DNA of 64,000 bases from Clostridia bacterium (GTDB lineage Bacteria > Bacillota > Clostridia > UBA1212 > UBA1255), in contig JBKUJR010000010.1 of NCBI GenBank assembly GCA_046952735.1, forward strand, positions 3,099 through 67,098. Direction: 5' to 3'. Under the pieces are notes generated by a model that saw only the letters and a program-made list of their open reading frames with translations, was not told the DNA's origin and ran no database searches. Positions 27,902 to 36,771 of this stretch are shown one piece after another (within the stretch, counting starts at the first letter, position 1; each line of letters starts with the position of its first letter). The position numbers were made by a program, and so were the translations under genes.

Positions 27902-29679
27902 AATTTATAAAGAACAAAATAATCGCTCCATTCGAGATCATCTCACTTATTTTCAAACATTCTCCCAGATATTTTGTGTTTTTCGTACCGCAAGTGATTT
28001 GCTCTTCTCTTTTGCCTTTGTTATATGTTTATGCGCCAAAATTAATTATTGAGGCCTTAACCGAAGGCAAGGATTATGATGGTATATTTAAAATCATAAT
28101 TCTTTTCTGCGGAACGGCGTTAATTTTAAATCTTATTATAGGTTATTTGAATAAGAAAATCAGTTACTGCGTGGAAAATTTCAGCAGAAAACTGTCCTCT
28201 GAAATAGGTCGAATCGTTATGAATCTCAGCCTTTCAGAAATTGAAAACACAACAGAGCGCGACAATATTCGCCTTGCGGGCAATGCTGCGGGAACAATAG
28301 AATTGTGTGAAGTCATTAGAAAATTAATACAAAATATTATAACGCTCATCGGATTCGTTGGGATTGTTTCTGAACTGGATATTAAATTTTTTGTAGTAGT
28401 TGCTATTTTGTTGATAGTGAAAATTATATTCACTTATATTAATTATAGAGCAAATCTCAAACTTCGTATACTGACTGCGCAAAACGACAGAACAGGCAAT
28501 TATCTTACCAATCTTTGTTATTTCAATCAAGGTGCTGCTAAGGAGATACGGGTAAACAGCATTCAATTATGGTTTCTTCAAAAAGTAAAAAAATTCAGAC
28601 AGAGGATGGTAAGATTACAGTATAAAGAGTTCCGCCGAAACTTATTTTTTGATAGTATTAACGCCATTTTGTTTGCGGCTTCTTCATTTTACATTCTTTG
28701 GAGTTTATCAACATATTACCTTGACAACGCTATTTCAATCGCTGATTTTACCCTTTATTTCACAACCATCACAGCATTGAGCGCTGCATTGGGAACAATT
28801 ACAGACCTTATAGCGCAATACAATAAACAGCTTAAAAATGCAGCTGATTTTGGGAAACTTAAAACATTATCAGAACAAAACGAAAAACATCCGTCATCAG
28901 ATATTGCACCTTTTGAAGAGTCGTCAAATATAGAAATTTGTTTTTCTGATGTATGGTTTGCTTATCCGGGCAGTAAAGATTTTGTACTTAGGGGAATTGA
29001 TATAAAAATTACTAACCGCGAAAAGCTGGTTATTGTCGGATATAACGGTGCGGGGAAAAGTACGTTTATAAAACTTCTCTGCAAATTTTATCGCCCTACA
29101 AGGGGAGCAATAACCTTAAATGGTATAGATATTTGGGAGATACCAAACGAACAATATAACAGAATAATTGGCGCGGTTTTTCAAGATTTTGTTACGTTCG
29201 CATTTACAATATCCGAAAATATATCAATGAGCGAAAATAATGACGATTTGTCCGGAGTTTTATTAAAAGCAGGACTTTTAGATTTTGTAATCAATTTGCC
29301 TGACGGCGAACAAACATACATTTCAAAAAAGTTTTCATCTGAGGGCATAGAGCTTTCAGGTGGACAAGGGCAAAAAATAGCTCTTGCCCGCGCGATGTAC
29401 AAAAATGCTCCTGTATTAATTCTCGACGAACCGACAGCAAGTCTTGATTTAAAGGCTGAGAGTGAATTGTATGAAAATTTCATGAAAACTGCTTTTGATA
29501 AAACCGCATTATTTATCTCTCACCGTTTGGCGGCTTCCCAGATAGCAGATTGTATCGCGGTTTTATCGGATGGGAAAATAGCTGAATGCGGAACACATAA
29601 AGAGCTTATAGAAAAAAACGGATTGTATGCCGAAATGTTTGAAAAACAGAGTAAACCATATATCCAAGATAAAGTATAA
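27898..29679 (+). CDS. ABC exporter, fused permease-ATPase (second half of a probable heterodimer)
   Basis: ATGA start/stop overlap with the upstream ABC gene. Walker A GYNGAGKSTF, signature LSGGQGQKIALARAM, Walker B LILDEPTASLD. Confidence 0.85.
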   Translation: MKFIKNKIIAPFEIISLIFKHSPRYFVFFVPQVICSSLLPLLYVYAPKLIIEALTEGKDYDGIFKIIILFCGTALILNLIIGYLNKKISYCVENFSRKLSSEIGRIVMNLSLSEIENTTERDNIRLAGNAAGTIELCEVIRKLIQNIITLIGFVGIVSELDIKFFVVVAILLIVKIIFTYINYRANLKLRILTAQNDRTGNYLTNLCYFNQGAAKEIRVNSIQLWFLQKVKKFRQRMVRLQYKEFRRNLFFDSINAILFAASSFYILWSLSTYYLDNAISIADFTLYFTTITALSAALGTITDLIAQYNKQLKNAADFGKLKTLSEQNEKHPSSDIAPFEESSNIEICFSDVWFAYPGSKDFVLRGIDIKITNREKLVIVGYNGAGKSTFIKLLCKFYRPTRGAITLNGIDIWEIPNEQYNRIIGAVFQDFVTFAFTISENISMSENNDDLSGVLLKAGLLDFVINLPDGEQTYISKKFSSEGIELSGGQGQKIALARAMYKNAPVLILDEPTASLDLKAESELYENFMKTAFDKTALFISHRLAASQIADCIAVLSDGKIAECGTHKELIEKNGLYAEMFEKQSKPYIQDKV

Positions 29680-29711
29680 TATATTTTTAATTGAAAACGA
29701 GGGGTTGGATT

Positions 29712-31490
29712 ATGAAGAAAATAAAAATAGCGATACTTGACAGCGGAGTAAGGAAAGATCACCCTGCTTTTTCAACTAAAACGATAAACGGTTTTTCTCT
29801 TCGTTTAATAGATGAATCTGTAGAACAATATGCAGAATTTATTGATAACGTAGGACACGGAACGGCAATCTTTTACCTTATAGATAAATTTATTGATAAT
29901 GTAGAAATCACAAATATAAAGATATATGATACTAATTCTGAATTAACACAATATAATTTTGAAATGCTGTTAGATTTTATTTGTAAAAATTATGATTTCG
30001 ATATAATCAACATAAGTATGGGATTTTTAAGCTGCGGCAGTGTCGCTAACTTACAAAAAATATGCGATGATTTTTACGCAAGAAGAACATTAATTATATC
30101 CGCTTTTGATAACAACGGCGCAGTTTCTTTTCCTGCCGCACTAAATAATGTAATAGGAGTTGACGGACAAGAAAATATTGATTCGTTAAATGGTTATATA
30201 CATGTGGAAAACAGTATTGTAAATATAATCGGAAAGCTCAAAAACATGAGAGTAGCCTGGTTGGCGCCTGATTATATAATTGTAAAAGGCAACAGTTTTC
30301 TTTGTGCAAATATTACTGCCAATGTGGCAAAATGTTTACAAGAGCAAGGGGTTGTGGATTGGCAAAAAATATGCACTGACAAATATTTGTTTCCAAAAAC
30401 TTTAGACAATCATATTCCGTTTAATATACGCAAAGCAGCGGTATTCCCTTTTAATAAAGAATTACATGCGATTGCGAGATTTGAGGAATTATTGAATTTT
30501 GATATAATAGATTATTATTCAATAAGAATAACGGGATACATTGGTAAAAAAATATCTGATGTTTTACCTGATTGCAGCAACGATAAGGTTATTAAGAATA
30601 TTGATGATATTGAATGGAATGAGTTTGATACTTTGATACTGGGTCATACCGGTGAATTATCGAGGTTAACTAAAAGTGATTATAGAACCACTCTTTTAAA
30701 TAATGCCATTGAAAAGGGTAAAAACATATATTGCTTTGATAATCCTATGCCAATTATAAACAATCCCAAATATACGGATGTATATTTTCCTAAAATTGAT
30801 AGTACAAACATTAAAAAAAGATTTGGCAAATTATATAAAACAGATAAACCGATTATAGCTGTAATTGGAACTAATTCTCGTCAAGGTAAATTTTCGCTTC
30901 AGTTGTGTCTTAGAAAAAAATTAATAGAGTTCGGATATAGTGTAGGACAAATAGGAACTGAACCTTCTGCACTGTTATTCGGATTTGATGAAATATTTCA
31001 TTGCGGATATAACGGACAAGTTGATTTGGATATCTCTCAAACATATATAGCTGTTAATGATATGATTTGGAATATAACTCAAAAAGATGTTGACCTGATA
31101 ATTGCCGGAACTCAGAGTGGATTTCTTCCCTATAATGATTACAACGCCATGATGTTTCCGACATATCATCAAATATTCTTTTCTGCTTTACAGACTGATG
31201 CAATTATTGTATGCATAAATCCATTTGACGATATACAGTTTGTGAACAGAACTATAAAAGCGGCAGAAGGTCTTTCGGGCGGAAAGGTGATTGGAATCGT
31301 ATGCTTTCCTATTGATGTTTGTGACAGTTGGCAAGGTAACTTTGGAATGAAAGCTCGCATAAGCGAAGAAAGAGAAAATGAAATCAAGCATAAATATTGT
31401 TCGCATGAAGATATAAAAGTATATATGCTTGATAAATCTGACGAACTTGATGAATTATTATCCAAATGTATTGAATATTTCCAGCAATGA
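29712..31490 (+). CDS. subtilisin-like (S8) serine protease domain fused to a roughly 370-aa C-terminal P-loop-like domain of unknown function
   Basis: N-terminal Asp (IAILDSGV), His (DNVGHGTAI) and Ser (GNSFLCANITANVA, compare GTSMAAPHVAG) in subtilase order. The C-terminal region contains PIIAVIGTNSRQGKFSLQLCL. RBS GAGGGG precedes the ATG at 29712. Confidence 0.6.
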   Translation: MKKIKIAILDSGVRKDHPAFSTKTINGFSLRLIDESVEQYAEFIDNVGHGTAIFYLIDKFIDNVEITNIKIYDTNSELTQYNFEMLLDFICKNYDFDIINISMGFLSCGSVANLQKICDDFYARRTLIISAFDNNGAVSFPAALNNVIGVDGQENIDSLNGYIHVENSIVNIIGKLKNMRVAWLAPDYIIVKGNSFLCANITANVAKCLQEQGVVDWQKICTDKYLFPKTLDNHIPFNIRKAAVFPFNKELHAIARFEELLNFDIIDYYSIRITGYIGKKISDVLPDCSNDKVIKNIDDIEWNEFDTLILGHTGELSRLTKSDYRTTLLNNAIEKGKNIYCFDNPMPIINNPKYTDVYFPKIDSTNIKKRFGKLYKTDKPIIAVIGTNSRQGKFSLQLCLRKKLIEFGYSVGQIGTEPSALLFGFDEIFHCGYNGQVDLDISQTYIAVNDMIWNITQKDVDLIIAGTQSGFLPYNDYNAMMFPTYHQIFFSALQTDAIIVCINPFDDIQFVNRTIKAAEGLSGGKVIGIVCFPIDVCDSWQGNFGMKARISEERENEIKHKYCSHEDIKVYMLDKSDELDELLSKCIEYFQQ

Positions 31491-32428
31491 TGGAGAGATT
31501 TATGTATATAGATATTGCGTCAACAAAATATGATACATACGATTGTTACCAGAACAATATAATTGCTATTTTAGGTAATTATTTTAAAATTGATTATCGA
31601 CCGTTTTTTTGGAGCGGTTTTGATTTTCGTTTTTCAATTGATCAAAAGAAAAATTATATAAATATAACAGGATATAATGCATACCAAGAACAGATACTTT
31701 TAGAGCAATGCGGAGTGAAAATTAATTGTATAAACAAGACTTGTATTCAAAGATTCAAACAAATCATCTTAAAAGAGTTAAACGATTCTAGACCTATTGG
31801 ATTACGCCTAAACGGTTCTGATTTGTCATGGAATAATGATAATAAAAATATAGATTATCATTACTTGCTTATTATTGGTATTGATGTTTCTGCTTCTCTC
31901 ATATACTGTTGTGATAGTTTTCTTTCCGATAAAATTCAAACAATTGATATTTCTTATTTATATGAAAAAGTAGAATATATATTGATTTACTCTATATCAG
32001 AGAAAGGTCAAATATCATTTAATATGTCGAGAGCTAATTTTTTAAGATGCTTGGATTATAACAGTAAAAATAAGAATTCTGATTTGTATCATTTTATAAA
32101 TAATACTTCAATATTATTTGAGAATCTTAAAGGTACTAATCCAAATAATAATTCGGTAATATTTCAATTATCCCGTGTTTGTTGGAGCAGATATAATTTC
32201 ATGAAATCATTGGAATATTTTCACGATATATACGGCAACGAAATACTCGATAATATAAAAAAGTGTTTTAATGTTATAATCGACACATGGACAAAATTGA
32301 AAAATATATTTATAAGGGCTACTCTTATTAATAATGCGCAGCAACTTAATAAATATAGTGAATATTTTATTAAGCTAATAATTGAAACTGAATCTGTGAT
32401 ACAAAATTATTTAGAAGCGCAAAACTAA
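31487..32428 (+). CDS. hypothetical protein, possibly BtrH_N/peptidase-C39-like (Cys...His) transferase or peptidase
   Basis: A 313-aa protein with an N-terminal Cys (DTYDCYQNN) and a downstream His in a beta-strand context (DYHYLLIIGIDVS), as in the papain-like BtrH/C39 fold. Its start overlaps the upstream stop. This is a family assignment from memory only. Confidence 0.35.
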   Translation: MMERFMYIDIASTKYDTYDCYQNNIIAILGNYFKIDYRPFFWSGFDFRFSIDQKKNYINITGYNAYQEQILLEQCGVKINCINKTCIQRFKQIILKELNDSRPIGLRLNGSDLSWNNDNKNIDYHYLLIIGIDVSASLIYCCDSFLSDKIQTIDISYLYEKVEYILIYSISEKGQISFNMSRANFLRCLDYNSKNKNSDLYHFINNTSILFENLKGTNPNNNSVIFQLSRVCWSRYNFMKSLEYFHDIYGNEILDNIKKCFNVIIDTWTKLKNIFIRATLINNAQQLNKYSEYFIKLIIETESVIQNYLEAQN

Positions 32429-32443
32429 AATAGGAGGATTCAA

Positions 32444-32689
32444 ATGGAGGAAAAAGTAATAAATATAATATGTCAAGCAATAACACTGGAAAGTGATATT
32501 TTGATTACAGTTGACACACTACTTTCTGACTTGCCGTTTGATTCTATAAAATTTATTAAAATGGTGGTAGCTTTAGAAAGTGAATTTGATTTTGAATTTG
32601 AGGATGAAAAATTGCTCTTTACACAATTTCAAACGGTGAAGTCGTTAATTGAATATGTTGATTTGAAAGTTAATTCACTGAATAAATAA
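32444..32689 (+). CDS. second acyl/peptidyl carrier protein-like small protein
   Basis: An 81-aa protein with LSDLPFDSIKFIKMVVALESEFDFEF, an ACP-like Ser motif. RBS AGGAGG. Confidence 0.55.
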   Translation: MEEKVINIICQAITLESDILITVDTLLSDLPFDSIKFIKMVVALESEFDFEFEDEKLLFTQFQTVKSLIEYVDLKVNSLNK

Positions 32690-32904
32690 AATGTGTAAAT
32701 GATCAAGCTAAGATTCTGATAAGAGAGTAACCCGTGAAATTACTTTATTTCTGGGCATCGCTAAACTGTGAAAGCATTCCATTTCGGTGTTTTGCTATAA
32801 CTGTACCATTACTGATTTTATTTCTCTACAACAAATAAGACCAATTTTAAGTTTTTGATGGCGTGGCTGCAAAAAAGTTACATAAAAACCTGATTTATTT
32901 TTAG

Positions 32905-33980
32905 ATTTGTCTTGACACGGGGAGACGAGGGTATTACGGGAACATGTCTTGCCAAGCGTGATGAGTTTAACCGTATGATACGTGACAGCAAGGAAGGGAA
33001 GATTGACCGTATCTATGTAAAAAGCGTTTCCCGTTTTGCAAGAAATGCTTTAGATTGCCTTGATAGTATCTGTATTCTGAAAGAGTACGGCGTGTCGGTG
33101 TTCTTTGAAAATGACGCTATTGATACGCAGACACTCAATTCCGAACTTGTGCTGTATATTAAAAGTGCATTTGCCCAGGCTGAATCAATGACAGGTCCAA
33201 AAGGGTGAAGACGAGCAACAGGATGCGTGCGGAAAGCGGTCACTATACCTTTACAGCACCGCCATTCGGTTACAGAATGGAAAACAACACGCTGATTCCC
33301 GTGCAGGAAGAGGCGGAGATTGTTATTCGTATCTATAAGGAATACCTTTGCGGTATGGGCGTGAGCAAGATTGTATCGGGATTGAACTCTGATCCGGATG
33401 TTCCGGGCAAGCCGTGGAGGAAAGAGGGCGTTCGGTATATCCTTGCTAATGAGAAGTACATCGGAGACAGTCTCTTTCAAAAAAGCTTCACGCCAAATGA
33501 ACTGCCTTTCAGAAATCGTGTAAATCGTGGTGAGGTGGAAAAGTACGATATCTCGGGTACCCATGAGGTAATTATGGATAGGAAACTTCATTCTGCCGTA
33601 CAGGAGATGCTGCGTCGTAATGTCGAAAAGCAGGCGAAAAAAGCAAGACCTCGTAAATTTAACTTCAGCAACAAAATATTCTGCGCATCCTGTGGATGGA
33701 CATATAAGCAATGAACGGGATTTTGTCGCAGGAAGCGCTGAATTTCCAGCCCGCAAAAAAAGCACTCTTTGATCTCCTGAATGCGCAGTTTGACTGCTGT
33801 GAGCCGGATCGCTCCGGCGTAGTAGAGTATATAAATGACTGTAAATCAATCGACGCAGTCGATGTGTCGCTTTTCAAGGTAATTCTTTCGGAAATTCAAA
33901 TCGATGCAAACGGAACGGTCGCTCTGCGCTTTGCAAATAACGCCGTCATTTCGTTGGAAGGGAGCGAGGAGCATGAATAA
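32905..33980 (+). pseudogene. large serine recombinase, N-terminally truncated and frameshifted (three frames)
   Basis: DEGITGTCLAKRDEFNRMIRD...VKSVSRFARN is the resolvase domain, lacking the catalytic-Ser N-terminus. The recombinase domain at 33205-33714 ends in a CxxC zinc-ribbon start (CASCGWTYKQ). A C-terminal tail lies in a third frame at 33711-33980. Confidence 0.6.
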
Positions 33981-34771
33981 CAGCAATCAGACAACGCAAA
34001 AGATCGTGACGAAAATCGCCGCCAATCCTGCACTGTCCAAAAAGTTCGATCCGAACCGTCCCTCAAAATAGCGGCATACTGCCGTGTATCCACTGATGAT
34101 GAGGATCAGTTTAACAGCTACAGAACGCAGAAAGCATACTACACCGATTACATCAAAAAGAACCCCAAATGGCGTTTCACCGGAATTTATGCTGACGAGG
34201 GTATTACAGGAACTTTGGTAAAAAAACGCGACGATTTTCTTCGCATGATAGCGGATTGCGAAAAAGGAAAGATCGACCTTATTCTGATTAAATCGGTTTC
34301 CCGATACGCAAGAAACATCGTGGATTGCATTTCGTATATACGCAAGCTCAAGGCACTGGGGATCGGAATCTACTTCGAGGAGCAGAATATCAGCTTACTG
34401 AGGACAGCGAGGTATATATCGGTATCTACGGCGTTATGGCACAGTCGGAAAGTGAGAATATTAGTGCTAATGTTAAGTGGGGAATCAATAAGCGGATGCA
34501 GAACGGTACATATGCCTGCCGCTTTAATTTGCTTGGATACCGCAGAGATAAGGAAACTAAGGAAATTAGGATTATACCCGAGGAAGCAGAGATTGTAAAA
34601 AAGATATTCCGTATGTATCTGCAGGGTTCGAGTTTGGATCAAATCAAGGCGTATTTGGAAGAGAACGGCGTTAGGACAGTGAGGGGAAATCTAAAATGGG
34701 ATAAGCACGGCATCCGATCTATGCTGACAAATGAGAAGTATGCGGGGGATATATATCCACTTTTTTTATAA
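33975..34771 (+). pseudogene. second large serine recombinase, frameshifted and 3'-truncated
   Basis: ATG at 33975 with an RBS. A 1-nt frameshift precedes KIAAYCRVSTDDEDQ (catalytic Ser motif). GIYADEGITGTLVKKRDDFLRMIAD and the recombinase domain follow with another frameshift near 34380. About 70% nucleotide identity to the upstream copy. Confidence 0.6.
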
Positions 34772-34929
34772 TTAGGGATTGACAAGTATACTAATAGGAT
34801 GGTATATTAATTTGGTCAGCGAGACTATTTGGTAGAAAATCAAATGTCCAAGACATAAATTTTTATTGGAGCTTTTTCAAAAATATTTTTGTTATCGTGT
34901 TTTTTCAAGGGTAGCAAAAAATAAAATAT

Positions 34930-35005
34930 GCACCTTTAGCTCAGTTGGTAGAGCAACTGACTCTTAATCAGTGGGCCCAGGGTTCGAGTCCCTGAAGGTG
35001 CACCA
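34930..35005 (+). tRNA. tRNA-Lys (anticodon CTT)
   Basis: GCACCTTTAGCTCAGTTGGTAGAGCAACTGACTCTTAATCAGTGGGCCCAGGGTTCGAGTCCCTGAAGGTGCACCA folds as a cloverleaf with anticodon loop CTCTTAA and an encoded CCA. A TTGACA...TG-g-TATATT promoter-like element lies about 120 nt upstream. Confidence 0.9.
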
Positions 35006-35014
35006 AAGAGTATA

Positions 35015-35058
35015 AACCGAACATTTTACCGGATGGGAAAGTGTTCGGTTTTTCTTTT
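35015..35058 (+). terminator. terminator after tRNA-Lys
   Basis: AACCGAACA...TGTTCGGTT stem followed by TTTCTTTTTC. Confidence 0.45.
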
Positions 35059-35164
35059 TCGCTTCCTTTTTTCTCATAAACCGGTAATTTTTCTTGCTGG
35101 TTTTATATGCTCCTATTTATATTTCCGAATGCGATCACGACTGTAACAAAATAAACAACATTTA

Positions 35165-36358
35165 TCAACGGAATCCGATTTTATGCGTCTCCGGCCACGG
35201 GCAGCTTTTCCATTGCCCGCCGTCCTCCTCCAGATCTCCTGTTAATAGATCCGTTGCCGCATTCGTAATGTATCCGAGATAACTTTCTGCATCGGGAGCA
35301 CCGTTTAAAATTTTCCAGAAAATACCGCCAAATTGATAGGAACGTGCGAATTCCCGCCAGCTGCGCATTCCGAGACATACTTTCTGCGACAGGTCCCACA
35401 GAATGCCGATTGCTTCGCCCTCTGTAATCCAGCCGAGATAATATCCCCAGCGTGTCAGCATAGCCGCCCGTCCGATGTCCCAGCCGAGCAGAAAATCAGG
35501 CAAATACCGTTCCTTGTAATATTGCGCAAACCGCCACCCGCGGCTGACGGAGGCGATCTCTTCTTCCTCTATCTCTTCGCCGCATAATTCCTCCGGGGAA
35601 GCCGCTTCGCAATATTGCTGATACCGAAAGACATAGCCCTCCTGCGTCAGATACCGAAGCGTTTCCATAAGTTCTGCGCGCCCGTTGATCCCCCAGCTGC
35701 GGCGTACGAGCGAAACGATTCTCTGTTCCAGAATCGGGATATGCTCTTCCACATCCAGCCCGTCGAGCTCATGTTCATTCACTTTGGAAACGATCCCTGA
35801 AAGCAGGATCCCGAAACGCCCCCATTGCTTGGAATCCTTCGGATAGTAGACAGGCTCCGGCTCCGGCAGCGAATCTATCTGTTCCATACTGTTTTCCAGT
35901 ATATGATAAAGCTTCTGCTCAAATGCCAAATCGAACGATTCTGCATCTTCCTCTAAATCCGTTTCCGCCTGTTCGTTTTCCAACGCAAGCGTTTCCAGAG
36001 CCGCAGACAGGATTCCCATATCTTCGCCAAATAGTTTTTCCATCATGCCGTCTGCGCTCATAGAGGCATATTCGGAGACCTGCTCCGCTACCATATTCTG
36101 GATCTGTGCTTCTGAAGAAGCCATCTGCGCCAATGTTTCCTCGTCAAAAAGCTGACCCAAAATTTCTACCTGCCGCCGGCTGCTTTCGGATGCCTGTTCC
36201 GCCGCCTTCTTGGCATCTTCGTTCTGCTTCTTTTCTAGTTCCGTTTCTTCCGATGCCTGCCGTGCAATTTCTGCGCTTTTCTGTATGGATTTTTCCAAAT
36301 CGGCAGAGGCTCTGTTACTGGCCTCCTGCGCTCTGCGGAAAATTTCGTCGATATCCAT
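35165..36358 (-). CDS. DUF1266-domain protein with an N-terminal coiled-coil/acidic region
   Basis: The C-terminal W-rich segment (WDIGRAAMLTRWGYYLGWITEGEAIGILWDL) resembles DUF1266. Confidence 0.55.
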   Translation of the reverse strand: MDIDEIFRRAQEASNRASADLEKSIQKSAEIARQASEETELEKKQNEDAKKAAEQASESSRRQVEILGQLFDEETLAQMASSEAQIQNMVAEQVSEYASMSADGMMEKLFGEDMGILSAALETLALENEQAETDLEEDAESFDLAFEQKLYHILENSMEQIDSLPEPEPVYYPKDSKQWGRFGILLSGIVSKVNEHELDGLDVEEHIPILEQRIVSLVRRSWGINGRAELMETLRYLTQEGYVFRYQQYCEAASPEELCGEEIEEEEIASVSRGWRFAQYYKERYLPDFLLGWDIGRAAMLTRWGYYLGWITEGEAIGILWDLSQKVCLGMRSWREFARSYQFGGIFWKILNGAPDAESYLGYITNAATDLLTGDLEEDGGQWKSCPWPETHKIGFR

Positions 36359-36556
36359 TCTTTTTTTCTCCTTTACCAGTTTCCATCCTGCTGTATTGTA
36401 TACATCGAATGAAGGCTTTTCGTTTTCAGTATCATAACATAGCCATGTAAATATTTCTATACTTAACCATAGGATTTACGGGCTCCTCTAAGAAATCTTT
36501 GCGGAAGGGGATTAAACCGCGGAAAACGGGTTATCCTTTCCATAGAGGTGATTTCC

Positions 36557-36736
36557 ATGAAAGATCCCGTAGATCAGAAAAACCTTTCGGCAAAGACTGA
36601 AAAGAAAACGGCCTGCGCGGCGGCAAGCACGCGGAAAAATCAAAAATCCGCCGTAAATAACCAGTGGGTCAGCACCGGGAAAAAGTCAGGCGACGACAGG
36701 GAACGGCGGGACGGCCCCGGCGGAGAGGACGCATAA
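36557..36736 (+). CDS. small basic hypothetical protein (59 aa)
   Basis: RBS AGAGGTG sits 7 nt before the ATG. The ORF is followed by the GGACGC-ataaaa-GCGTCC TTTTTT terminator at 36727-36750. Confidence 0.35.
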   Translation: MKDPVDQKNLSAKTEKKTACAAASTRKNQKSAVNNQWVSTGKKSGDDRERRDGPGGEDA

Positions 36737-36750
36737 AAGCGTCCTTTTTT
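36727..36750 (+). terminator. rho-independent terminator
   Basis: Hairpin GGACGC/GCGTCC followed by a T6 run. Confidence 0.45.
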
Positions 36751-36771
36751 ATCGAATTTTATCCGTGCCAT

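Noticed and set aside
23398-29679. Interpretation of the cluster as a lasso-peptide system (transglutaminase-like B protein plus ABC exporter)
   Set aside because: No asparagine-synthetase-like lasso cyclase (C protein) and no RRE-containing B1 protein are present. The peptide lacks the Gly1/Cys1...Asp/Glu8-9 ring pattern. The rSAM/SPASM enzyme points to a different chemistry.
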